Below the pieces are notes generated by a model. It made no database searches. It worked only from the letters and a program-made list of their open reading frames with translations, and had not been told where the DNA came from. Both the position numbers and the translations under genes were made by a program. This document shows, one piece after another, positions 16,431-23,488 of a stretch of DNA of 24,000 nucleotides. Origin of the DNA: Jeotgalibacillus sp. ET6 (GTDB lineage Bacteria > Bacillota > Bacilli > Bacillales > Jeotgalibacillaceae); NCBI RefSeq assembly GCF_029667115.1, contig NZ_JARUIU010000003.1:485906-509905 (forward strand), read 5' to 3'. Within the stretch, counting starts at the first letter, position 1, and every line of letters begins with the position of its first letter.

Positions 16431-16630
16431 TAGTAAAATATTATTATAAGTGCATATTTAATATATAAATAGTAAACCCTTTGCTATAGCTCACAATGGT
16501 ATTTTACTTTTACCAGATTTTCTATATATATAACATTTAACCCTTCTTTCAAATATTTGAATTTCCTATGGAAAATTGATCTATATTATTAAGTTTAAAC
16601 TTTTTCAGTATCATAAATAACCCCTGGAAA
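16431..16630 (-). ncRNA. Non-coding AT-rich leader upstream of the RT; candidate RT-associated ncRNA/template region (speculative)
   Basis: About 200 nt have no ORF longer than 21 codons. A 9-bp inverted repeat AGTAAAATA (16432-16440) / TATTTTACT (16500-16508) abuts the RT SD, and a competing AGTAAA lies at 16471-16476. The ncRNA idea rests on analogy with retron, DRT2 and DRT9 ncRNAs encoded 5' of their RT. Confidence 0.25.
16525..16552 (-). promoter_or_regulatory. Putative sigma-A promoter for the RT module
   Basis: Minus strand: TTGAAA (16547-16552) - 16 nt - TATATA (16525-16530). AT-rich DNA yields such matches easily. Confidence 0.35.
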
Positions 16631-16679
16631 AAGAAAAAACCCTCCCCATTGCACTCATAATAAGTGTAACGGAAAGGGC
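16631..16679 (-). terminator. glmS rho-independent terminator
   Basis: Minus strand: CCCTTTCC-(loop with inner CACT/AGTG stem)-GGGGAGGG followed by TTTTTTCTTTTT, about 35 nt after the glmS stop. Confidence 0.65.
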
Positions 16680-16713
16680 ATTAATGTACTACATAATCAC
16701 TTAAAAACTCAAC

Positions 16714-18516
16714 TTACTCAACAGTCACACTCTTCGCCAGGTTTCTCGGCTTATCTACATCACAGTCTCTGTGCAGTGCTGCATAGTATGCGATTAGCTG
16801 AGTTGGCACGACGGAAACAAGCGGGCTTAGCAGTTCGTGAACGTGAGGGATCACGTAGCTGTCGCCTTCTTCTTCCATGCCTTTCATGGAGATGGTGCAT
16901 GTGTGAGCGCCGCGTGCTGCTACTTCTTTTACGTTTCCGCGGATGCTTAGGTTTACATTTTCCTGTGTAGTGACAGCGAAGACCGGCGTTCCTTCTTCAA
17001 TCAGAGCAATCGTACCGTGCTTCAGTTCTCCTCCGGCAAAGCCTTCTGCCTGGATGTAGGAGATTTCTTTCAGCTTAAGAGCTGCTTCCTGTACCACATG
17101 GTAGTCCATTGAGCGTCCGATGAAGAAAGCATTGCGTGTCACGCTAAGGAAGTCGCGTGCGATTTGTTCAAATGCCTCTTTGTCGTCCGTCAGTGCTTCC
17201 ATTGCTGTTGCTACGATTCCAAGCTCCTGAACCAGGTCAAAGCTCATTTCAAAGCCTTTTGCTTTACCTGCTACTTCTGCAAGGATGGAAAGCACGGCAA
17301 TTTGAGCTGTGTAGGCCTTCGTGGACGCTACAGCGATTTCTGGTCCTGCATGCAATAGCAGTGTATGGCTTGCTTCACGGGAAAGCGTAGAGCCTGCCAC
17401 GTTTGTTAACGTTAGTGTCGGGTGTCCAAGCTCCTTCACGCGTACAAGTACGGCGCGGCTGTCCGCTGTTTCACCACTTTGAGAGATAAAGATAAATAAC
17501 GGTTTGTCAGACAGAAGCGGTGTGTTGTAGACAAATTCGCTGGCTACATGTACTTCTGTTGGGATTTTTGCTGTTTTTTCAAGGAACTCTTTTCCTACAA
17601 GTCCAGCGTGGTAGCTTGTTCCGCAGGCTACGATGTAGATGCGGTCTGCAGCGTTCACAGCATTCAGGACGCCTTCGTCAATGGTAAGCTCACCGGAATC
17701 GTTCTGATACGCCTGGATGATTTTACGCATAACCAGCGGCTGCTCATCAATTTCTTTAAGCATGTAGTGAGGATACGTTCCTTTTTCGATGTCGCTTGCA
17801 TCAAGCTCAGCTTTATATGGAGAACGTGTCATCGTTTCACCGTCAAGGTTTTTAATGATTACCTCATCCTGCTTTACGATGACCATTTCTTTGTCCATCA
17901 GCTCTACGTACTGATCGGTTACTTGAAGCATTGCCATCGCATCAGATGCAACGACGTTAAAATCTTCTCCAAGTCCGACGAGCAGCGGGCTTTTGTTTTT
18001 CGCAACAAAGATTGTGTCTTCCTGCTGATTATCTAAAAGAGCAATGGCGTAAGAACCTTTTAGTTCCTTCAATGCTTTTTGGAAGGCTTCTTCTGTTGAA
18101 AGGCCCTGATTCACAAAGCTTTCAATCAGCTGAACAATGACTTCTGTGTCGGTTTCGCTGACAAGTTCAACAGATGCAAGATGTTCACGCTTAAGCTGAG
18201 AGTAGTTTTCGATTACTCCGTTATGCACAAGGGTGAAACGCGCTGTTGTACTTTGATGCGGGTGAGCATTTACATGGCTTGGTGCGCCGTGTGTAGCCCA
18301 GCGTGTGTGACCAATTCCGACTGATCCTTCCACACTGCTGTCGACAACTGAACGAAGATCTGCAATCCGGCCTTTTTCCTTAAATACCGCAACACCATTT
18401 TCATTTTTCACAGCAATTCCTGCTGAATCGTATCCGCGGTATTCTAATTTTTCAAGACCTTTTAACAAAATTTCCTTCGAGTCATTTAATCCAATATAAC
18501 CTACAATTCCACACAT
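16714..18516 (-). CDS. glmS: Glutamine--fructose-6-phosphate aminotransferase (isomerizing)
   Basis: 600 aa. It starts MCGIVGYIG (N-terminal nucleophile Cys), has two SIS domains ([17 protein letters not shown]) and ends in the canonical NLAKSVTVE. It is preceded by the glmS ribozyme. Confidence 0.98.
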   Translation of the reverse strand: MCGIVGYIGLNDSKEILLKGLEKLEYRGYDSAGIAVKNENGVAVFKEKGRIADLRSVVDSSVEGSVGIGHTRWATHGAPSHVNAHPHQSTTARFTLVHNGVIENYSQLKREHLASVELVSETDTEVIVQLIESFVNQGLSTEEAFQKALKELKGSYAIALLDNQQEDTIFVAKNKSPLLVGLGEDFNVVASDAMAMLQVTDQYVELMDKEMVIVKQDEVIIKNLDGETMTRSPYKAELDASDIEKGTYPHYMLKEIDEQPLVMRKIIQAYQNDSGELTIDEGVLNAVNAADRIYIVACGTSYHAGLVGKEFLEKTAKIPTEVHVASEFVYNTPLLSDKPLFIFISQSGETADSRAVLVRVKELGHPTLTLTNVAGSTLSREASHTLLLHAGPEIAVASTKAYTAQIAVLSILAEVAGKAKGFEMSFDLVQELGIVATAMEALTDDKEAFEQIARDFLSVTRNAFFIGRSMDYHVVQEAALKLKEISYIQAEGFAGGELKHGTIALIEEGTPVFAVTTQENVNLSIRGNVKEVAARGAHTCTISMKGMEEEGDSYVIPHVHELLSPLVSVVPTQLIAYYAALHRDCDVDKPRNLAKSVTVE

Positions 18517-18546
18517 AATTCTTTTCCTCCTGTTGGATAAAGGAGG
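18517..18546 (-). promoter_or_regulatory. glmS ribosome-binding site with potential anti-SD hairpin
   Basis: The minus-strand mRNA reads CCUCCU (from 18546-18541) - 9 nt - AGGAGG (from 18531-18526) - 9 nt - AUG. It is a perfect 6-bp inverted repeat that includes the SD. Confidence 0.4.
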
Positions 18547-18604
18547 TCCAGAGGTCGTCAGGGGACGACTTGGCCCCCTTTATCTCTCAATTAGTTATTT
18601 TTTT

Positions 18605-18760
18605 GGGCTGCATTCCCGTTCTTTTGTCCACGAAGTCGCCTTCATGATTTCAAGTGCGGGTATACGACTGTGCAGTATTCAGCCGGGAGGCATCCGCCGA
18701 AAACTCGATGCTCCTCCTCCTCGTCAACTGCCGAACGTGATCCGGGCAGTCCTGGCGCTT
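18605..18760 (-). ncRNA. glmS ribozyme: glmS ribozyme (GlcN6P-dependent self-cleaving riboswitch)
   Basis: The minus strand reads A|AGCGCCAGGACUGCCCGG...GACGAGGAGGAGGAGCAUCGAGUUUUCGGCGGAUGCCUCCCGGCUGA..., matching the conserved glmS ribozyme core as I recall it from B. subtilis (AGCGCC cleavage-site context; ..UUUUCGGCGGAUGCCUCCCGGCUGA). The predicted cleavage is between A18759 and G18758. The 3' boundary is approximate. Confidence 0.9.
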
Positions 18761-18850
18761 TTTATTAAGTGGTTCTCCTGCGATCCACCTTTCTATTATT
18801 GGCTCAACCAACCTGTGTATACCCTCTTTTGGAAAGTTAACACATACTAC

Positions 18851-18880
18851 ATCATACTCGATGAAAAGGAAATCCGTCAA
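18851..18880 (-). promoter_or_regulatory. Putative sigma-A promoter of the glmS ribozyme-glmS transcript
   Basis: Minus strand: TTGACG (18875-18880) - 18 nt - TATGAT (18851-18856), about 90 nt upstream of the ribozyme cleavage site. Confidence 0.45.
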
Positions 18881-18962
18881 CAGAATTTGTAAAATGAGCA
18901 CAAGGTTTAGTTTAGCAGTTTTCCTTGTTTCATGGGTTACGGCCGATTAACAGTTTGAATAC

Positions 18963-19006
18963 AAAAAAACGGCCGGGCATCAAAGGTTTTTTGATGCTCG
19001 GCCGTT
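18963..19006 (-). terminator. Rho-independent terminator after glmM
   Basis: Minus strand: CGGCCGAGCAUCAAA-loop-UUUGAUGCCCGGCCG (1 mismatch) followed by U7. It begins 6 nt after the glmM stop. Confidence 0.8.
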
Positions 19007-19011
19007 TGTGA

Positions 19012-20361
19012 TTATGCTTTAATGCCCATTTCATCTTCTACGACTTCTGCAATACGGTTTACGTATGATTCACATAACTCTGCCGTTTGCGCTTCCGCCA
19101 TGACACGTACAAGCGGCTCAGTGCCGGAAGGACGGACTAAAATTCGGCCGTTGCCGTTCATCTCTGCTTCGACTTCCTGAATAACGGATTTCACACGATC
19201 GTTATCCGTTACACCATGCTTGTCACTTACTCGGATATTTACAAGCTTTTGAGGGAAAATTTCCATTTCACCTGCAAGCTCAGAAAGCTTTTTGCCTGTC
19301 ACCTTCATAATGTTAACAAGATGAAGCCCAGTCAGCAGACCATCTCCTGTTGTATTGTAATCAAGGAAGATAATATGTCCGGACTGTTCGCCGCCAAGTG
19401 TATAGTTATGCTTTTTCATTTCTTCTACTACATACCGGTCGCCAACAGCTGTCTGGATGCTGGTGATTCCTTCTGCTTCGAGCCCCTTGTAAAAGCCGAG
19501 GTTGCTCATAACAGTAGAAACAAGCGTATTATGCTTTAGACGCGCTTCTGATTTCAGATGCTTCGCGCAGATAAACATAATCTGGTCGCCGTCTACGATC
19601 TTTCCGTTTTCATCAACTGCAATAATACGGTCGCCGTCGCCATCAAACGCTAGTCCTACGTCCGCATTTTTCTCTTTTACAAAGGCAGCAAGAGCTTCAG
19701 GGTGAGTCGAGCCAACCCCTTCATTAATGTTTAAGCCGTTTGGAGATGCCCCCATTGTGGACAGGTCAGCGTCCAAATCAGCAAACAAGTGTGTTGCGTG
19801 TGTGGAAGTCGCTCCGTGTGCGCAATCAAGTGCTACGTGAATACCTGAAAAGTCTTCATCTGCAGTTTGTTTCAGATACTGAAGGTATTTCTGCCCGCCT
19901 TCGAAGTAGTCCGTAACGATTCCCAGATCTCCTCCAACAGGACGCGGCGTTTCATCTTTTTCCCCATCGATTAACGCTTCAATTTCATTTTCCTGCTCGT
20001 CTGTAAGCTTAAAGCCGTCAGGTCCGAAAAATTTAATGCCGTTATCCGGTACCGGGTTATGCGAAGCAGAGATCATGACGCCCGCTTGAGCACCCATTGC
20101 TTTTGTCAGGAATGCAACTCCAGGTGTTGAAATCACACCAAGGCGCATCACTTCTGCACCTATTGAAAGAAGGCCTGCTACAAGTGCGCCTTCCAGCATA
20201 TGTCCTGAAATTCTTGTATCACGGCCGATTAGTACTTTCGGTCTCGTGGTTTCTTTTGTCAGCACGTAGCCCCCAAAGCGTCCAAGCTTGAAAGCCAGTT
20301 CTGGCGTCAGTTCCGCATTTGCTACGCCACGAACACCGTCTGTTCCAAAATATTTACCCAT
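19012..20361 (-). CDS. glmM: Phosphoglucosamine mutase
   Basis: [15 protein letters not shown]..., active-site ISASHNP, DGDGDR metal loop and GEQSGH sugar-binding loop. The start is set at the second ATG (20361), which matches the canonical [10 protein letters not shown]-terminus. The first ATG lies only 2 nt from the SD. Confidence 0.97.
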   Translation of the reverse strand: MGKYFGTDGVRGVANAELTPELAFKLGRFGGYVLTKETTRPKVLIGRDTRISGHMLEGALVAGLLSIGAEVMRLGVISTPGVAFLTKAMGAQAGVMISASHNPVPDNGIKFFGPDGFKLTDEQENEIEALIDGEKDETPRPVGGDLGIVTDYFEGGQKYLQYLKQTADEDFSGIHVALDCAHGATSTHATHLFADLDADLSTMGASPNGLNINEGVGSTHPEALAAFVKEKNADVGLAFDGDGDRIIAVDENGKIVDGDQIMFICAKHLKSEARLKHNTLVSTVMSNLGFYKGLEAEGITSIQTAVGDRYVVEEMKKHNYTLGGEQSGHIIFLDYNTTGDGLLTGLHLVNIMKVTGKKLSELAGEMEIFPQKLVNIRVSDKHGVTDNDRVKSVIQEVEAEMNGNGRILVRPSGTEPLVRVMAEAQTAELCESYVNRIAEVVEDEMGIKA

Positions 20362-20413
20362 TGCATTCATCGCTCCTTCTTATCTTTGCCTAATCCAATA
20401 GTCTTTTGTTTTT

Positions 20414-21817
20414 TTATGCTTGTGATAGCTGAATGGTGACGTTTGATTGAGACAGCACGTACACCATTTCAGGCGGACCCTCGACTTGAACTTCCACTTC
20501 ATGCTCGCCTTCTTCGAGTTCCGCTGCATCTACGTAAAGCGTCACATCTTCTTCTGTTAAAGCTTCCACCTCGTCTGACTCGCCTGTCACACGCAGATTA
20601 AGCTCCCCGCTCGGCGGATTTTGAAACGCCGCCTGCAGATCATCGCCGGAACCTCTTACTTCGACAGGAAGAGCCGACAGAGTCAGCTCTTTATCTTCTT
20701 CTGTATTCGATTCTGTACTTGCATTTTCATCGTTCTCATTGTTTTCATTGTTTTCATCCGTTGTATCATCTGGTGCTTCTTCAGATGCATCCTCCGGTGT
20801 TTCCTCCGGCTCCTCTGAAGGCGGATCTGGTTCTTCAGAAACTGGCTCATTGGCTTCGGCAGCATCTTCCGGATCCGTCGTAAATGTGACGATTGCTGCG
20901 GCTGATGGATCGGACAGCTCGCCTACTCCATCCGGAATCGGGATTGGCACTTCAATCCGCGAACCGCTTTCTTCAATACCGGTTAAGTCAAATGGCACTT
21001 CTATTTCCTCAATCGCATCAATAACATCCGTCGGGCCGAAAATGGTGACGGTGTCATTTGACAGTGTCAGCTCGTCCACCTCAAGTCCCTCTGAAAGAGT
21101 ACCCGTTTGGATGGGGACAATGCTGACTTCCCTGCTTGGCTGCGTCACGCTGATAGTAACATCAACTGTAGCTGGCTCAATGGAAACCGGCAATTTATCA
21201 AGATCCGCATTCATTACCTGAACGGTTGATTGAACGGTCTCTTCCCCGTCCACTTCACCATCCACATTAATGGTTGCACGGACATACCTGATCGCATCAA
21301 TAATGTTTTTCGCTCCGGTTACGACAACGGTCTCAGGGCTTACCGTTACTTCTTCAAGCTCGTAGCCATCCGGAATAATATTATCACTAAATTCTGTATC
21401 CACGGAGAATTCTTCCGTCACCCGCTCATCAATTGTAACCTCTGCGTAAGGCTCGGACAGAGTAACGTCAAGCTGCTGGGAAAAACCTTCATATTGAATT
21501 TGTACTTCGTGCGTACCGATTTCCTGTTCACTCAAGTTTACAAAAACTCTGTAATTTCTAAGTCCTCTTGTTGCCGCAACAATTTGTGAAGGACCGGAAA
21601 TGGATACATTAACAGAACTCGGCACGCCAGTCACGACTAGTGAATCCTGGTTATAAATCGTATCAACCGGTACATTTTCGATTACTTCTGTTGTACTTTG
21701 CGGATTCGGATTTTCATTTTGCTGGTCATCAGGACTGTTGACGGTCGCAAACATAATTGCTGCCATTAATAACGCAAAACCTCTTAGAAACCATCGGCTC
21801 TCCAGAAATTTATCCAT
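20414..21817 (-). CDS. cdaR: CdaA regulatory protein CdaR (YbbR-domain protein)
   Basis: MDKFLESRWFLRGFALLMAAIMF (N-terminal TM) is followed by repeated YbbR-like beta domains. The ATG at 21817 overlaps the cdaA stop (ATGGATAA), indicating translational coupling. The synteny is cdaA-cdaR-glmM. The track's 32-aa upstream extension lies inside cdaA. Confidence 0.9.
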   Translation of the reverse strand: MDKFLESRWFLRGFALLMAAIMFATVNSPDDQQNENPNPQSTTEVIENVPVDTIYNQDSLVVTGVPSSVNVSISGPSQIVAATRGLRNYRVFVNLSEQEIGTHEVQIQYEGFSQQLDVTLSEPYAEVTIDERVTEEFSVDTEFSDNIIPDGYELEEVTVSPETVVVTGAKNIIDAIRYVRATINVDGEVDGEETVQSTVQVMNADLDKLPVSIEPATVDVTISVTQPSREVSIVPIQTGTLSEGLEVDELTLSNDTVTIFGPTDVIDAIEEIEVPFDLTGIEESGSRIEVPIPIPDGVGELSDPSAAAIVTFTTDPEDAAEANEPVSEEPDPPSEEPEETPEDASEEAPDDTTDENNENNENDENASTESNTEEDKELTLSALPVEVRGSGDDLQAAFQNPPSGELNLRVTGESDEVEALTEEDVTLYVDAAELEEGEHEVEVQVEGPPEMVYVLSQSNVTIQLSQA

Positions 21818-22649
21818 TATTCTTTTTACCCCTCCAATTCCAACGCGTCGAGGCAGCGGCGGTTTCACTTTCTCCAAACCACTCTCGGCGAAGCAGGGAG
21901 CTGAACTCATCAAGCTCCAGATTGCGCTGCAGTTCTCCGTTGGCTGTAAATGAAATCGCCCCTGTTTCTTCAGAAACGACCACTGTGATGCTATCGGTTA
22001 CCTCACTTACACCAAGTGCTGCACGGTGCCTTGTACCCAGCTCCTTTGAAATAAAGGGGCTTTCTGAAAGAGGAAGATAGCAGGCAGCCGCTGCAATCCG
22101 GCTTTTTTGAATAATCACAGCACCATCATGTAGAGGCGTGTTTGGAATAAATAAATTAATTAAGAGCTCAGATGTTAAATGGGAGTCCATTTGAATTCCC
22201 GTTTCAATATAGTCACCCATGCCTGTTTCTTTTTCAAACGTAATGAGCGCTCCAATCCGCCGTTTAGCCATGTAGCTGACGGATTTAGTAACCGCCTCTA
22301 CAAGACGTTCCCGCTCTTCATCTTCCTGGAGACTGCCTCTGGCAAAAATCTTGCCGCGTCCAAGCTGTTCAAGGGCTCTTCGCAATTCCGGCTGGAAGAT
22401 GATAATGACCCCAAGAACCCCCCAGAGCATAACCTGGGACATCATCCATGCTAACGTATTAAAGCCAAGGAGTTCACTGAGCCCCCGGACGATGACAATA
22501 ACAAAAATCCCTTTTAAGAGCTGCACAGCCTTCGTCCCGCGGATCACAGTGATTAATTTATAAACCACGAACCAGACGAGTAAAATATCGACTGCGTTGA
22601 TCACAAGATCCAATACCGCTAAATCTGTGAATTGATCGGCAAACGGCAT
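21810..22649 (-). CDS. cdaA: Diadenylate cyclase CdaA (membrane-bound c-di-AMP synthase)
   Basis: Three N-terminal TM helices, then a DAC domain with the DGAVII and GTRHRAALG motifs. SD GGAGGA lies upstream. Synteny is conserved. Confidence 0.95.
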   Translation of the reverse strand: MPFADQFTDLAVLDLVINAVDILLVWFVVYKLITVIRGTKAVQLLKGIFVIVIVRGLSELLGFNTLAWMMSQVMLWGVLGVIIIFQPELRRALEQLGRGKIFARGSLQEDEERERLVEAVTKSVSYMAKRRIGALITFEKETGMGDYIETGIQMDSHLTSELLINLFIPNTPLHDGAVIIQKSRIAAAACYLPLSESPFISKELGTRHRAALGVSEVTDSITVVVSEETGAISFTANGELQRNLELDEFSSLLRREWFGESETAAASTRWNWRGKKNNG

Positions 22650-22724
22650 ATGACTTCCTCCACTAATGTATTTGAAACATTCCCACTACAGGAAATTAAC
22701 GTTGAATTTGCTTTAAACTATGTC

Positions 22725-22760
22725 ATTATAACACACCTTATACGGTAAGTCCGCATTCTC
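22725..22760 (-). promoter_or_regulatory. Extended -10 sigma-A promoter for cdaA-cdaR-glmM
   Basis: The minus strand has TGtTATAAT (-10 at 22725-22730, TG at 22732-22733). The -35 is weak (CGGACT at 17-nt spacing). It lies about 75 nt upstream of the cdaA ATG. Confidence 0.5.
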
Positions 22761-22789
22761 TCCCGGCAGCAGGAAAATTATTAGACAGC

Positions 22790-22833
22790 ACAAAAAAGAG
22801 GATGCACCTGAATACGTTCAGATGCATCCTCTT
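22790..22833 (-). terminator. Rho-independent terminator after rsiW
   Basis: Minus strand: AGAGGATGCAUCUGAAcguaUUCAGGUGCAUCCUCU followed by UUUUUGUG. It starts about 10 nt after the rsiW stop. Confidence 0.8.
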
Positions 22834-22841
22834 TAAAACAG

Positions 22842-23474
22842 CTACTCATTGTTATCGTCTGATTCAAACATATCGCCCAGCTCATTGAAAGCTGATTTAA
22901 TATTGTACCAAAGCCATTCAAAGGCCTGGTCCACTTCTTCAATCTGTCCGGTAATGGAGCCGGCGCCTGCTAGGTAACGTTCTCCATTAATAACCGTTAC
23001 ATCGCCATCTACTTGACCTTCAACCCGCAGATCCCCGTTTCGGACGACCATATCGCCCTTAACCACTTCACCTTCAGGCACAACCACTGTATGGCCTTCT
23101 ACCACAACGTTATCGTTATTAGTAAAAGCAAATTTATCATCGCTGTTCCATGCTGTGAGGAGACTTCCGCCCATTAAAATTAAAAAGACCGCTGCAGCTG
23201 CAAAAAATGGGTTATTATGAAACCATCTCTGCATTCCTGCTTTTTTCTTTTCCTTCGGCAGGCGGCTCATTACATTTTGAGTAAAGCCGCTTGGTGCTGC
23301 TATATGAGAAGTGCTTTGTACAAAAGCAATCGTCCGTTTTAATTCCTGAAAATGAGTCCGGCACGCTTCACAGCTCTGAAGGTGCTGCTTTAACTCCTTT
23401 TCCTTTTCATATGACAACTCTTCATCTAGATATTCATGCATTAAGTGCACGATTTCTTCAGGACAAGTGTTCAT
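22842..23474 (-). CDS. rsiW: Anti-sigma-W factor RsiW (zinc-binding, single-pass membrane)
   Basis: MNTCPEEIVHLMHEYLDEEL...HLQSCEACRTHF (zf-HC2 H-x3-C-x2-C), a TM helix FFAAAAVFLILMGG and the extracellular VVVPEGEVVKGD..DGDVTVINGE repeats are close to B. subtilis RsiW as recalled. The start is the ATG at 23474 (SD AGAGGG 8 nt upstream). Confidence 0.9.
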   Translation of the reverse strand: MNTCPEEIVHLMHEYLDEELSYEKEKELKQHLQSCEACRTHFQELKRTIAFVQSTSHIAAPSGFTQNVMSRLPKEKKKAGMQRWFHNNPFFAAAAVFLILMGGSLLTAWNSDDKFAFTNNDNVVVEGHTVVVPEGEVVKGDMVVRNGDLRVEGQVDGDVTVINGERYLAGAGSITGQIEEVDQAFEWLWYNIKSAFNELGDMFESDDNNE

Positions 23475-23488
23475 AGAACTCACCCTCT

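Larger units (their letters stand above)
14541..16630 (-). other. AT-rich genomic islet (RT module) inserted between the glmS terminator and the MFS gene
   Basis: There is an abrupt compositional change. Hand counts of single 60-nt lines give 17-28% GC inside the RT gene, versus about 53% (glmS, line 17101) and about 57% (MFS, line 13441). The gene content is unrelated to the flanks. No integrase or transposase is present. Confidence 0.7.

Noticed and set aside
16549-16614. 21-codon micro-ORF (MILKKFKLNNIDQFSIGNSNI) in the RT leader, preceded by AGGGG. Its first residues resemble the MLKKF start of the 88-aa ORF.
   Set aside because: It is too short, and AT-rich sequence produces such frames readily. 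The similarity covers only 4-5 residues. It is noted as a possible leader peptide but is not supportable.
14865-16630. Classifying the RT module as a retron
   Set aside because: The protein lacks the retron-type VTG motif. At 517 aa with a long helical C-terminus it looks UG/Abi-like. The only inverted repeat in the leader is 9 bp of A/T-rich sequence, near chance expectation, and I saw no msr/msd-like a1/a2 architecture.
14415-16713. Tn7 or Tn7-like (CAST) element at the glmS attachment site
   Set aside because: There are no transposase (TnsA/B/C/D), Cas or integrase genes, and I saw no terminal repeat arrays. Only the location is reminiscent.
17157-18036. + strand ORFs inside glmS (77, 64 and 162 aa)
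   Set aside because: They are antisense to a confidently identified, highly conserved gene and have Cys/Phe-rich nonsense composition.
18533-18901. ORFs of 119 aa (+) and 83 aa (-) upstream of glmS
   Set aside because: They overlap the glmS ribozyme and its promoter/leader. The RNA element explains the conservation, and neither ORF has an SD or a protein-like sequence.
20739-21589. + strand ORFs of 160 aa (Ser/Gly-rich) and 119 aa
   Set aside because: They are antisense shadows of cdaR. The Ser-rich frame simply mirrors the Glu/Asp-rich acidic insert.
22660-22710. TGAAAC hexamers (here and near 2406, 6661 and 12370) as possible sigma-W promoters
   Set aside because: None has the required CGTA -10 element at about 16-nt spacing, and the orientations do not precede genes.
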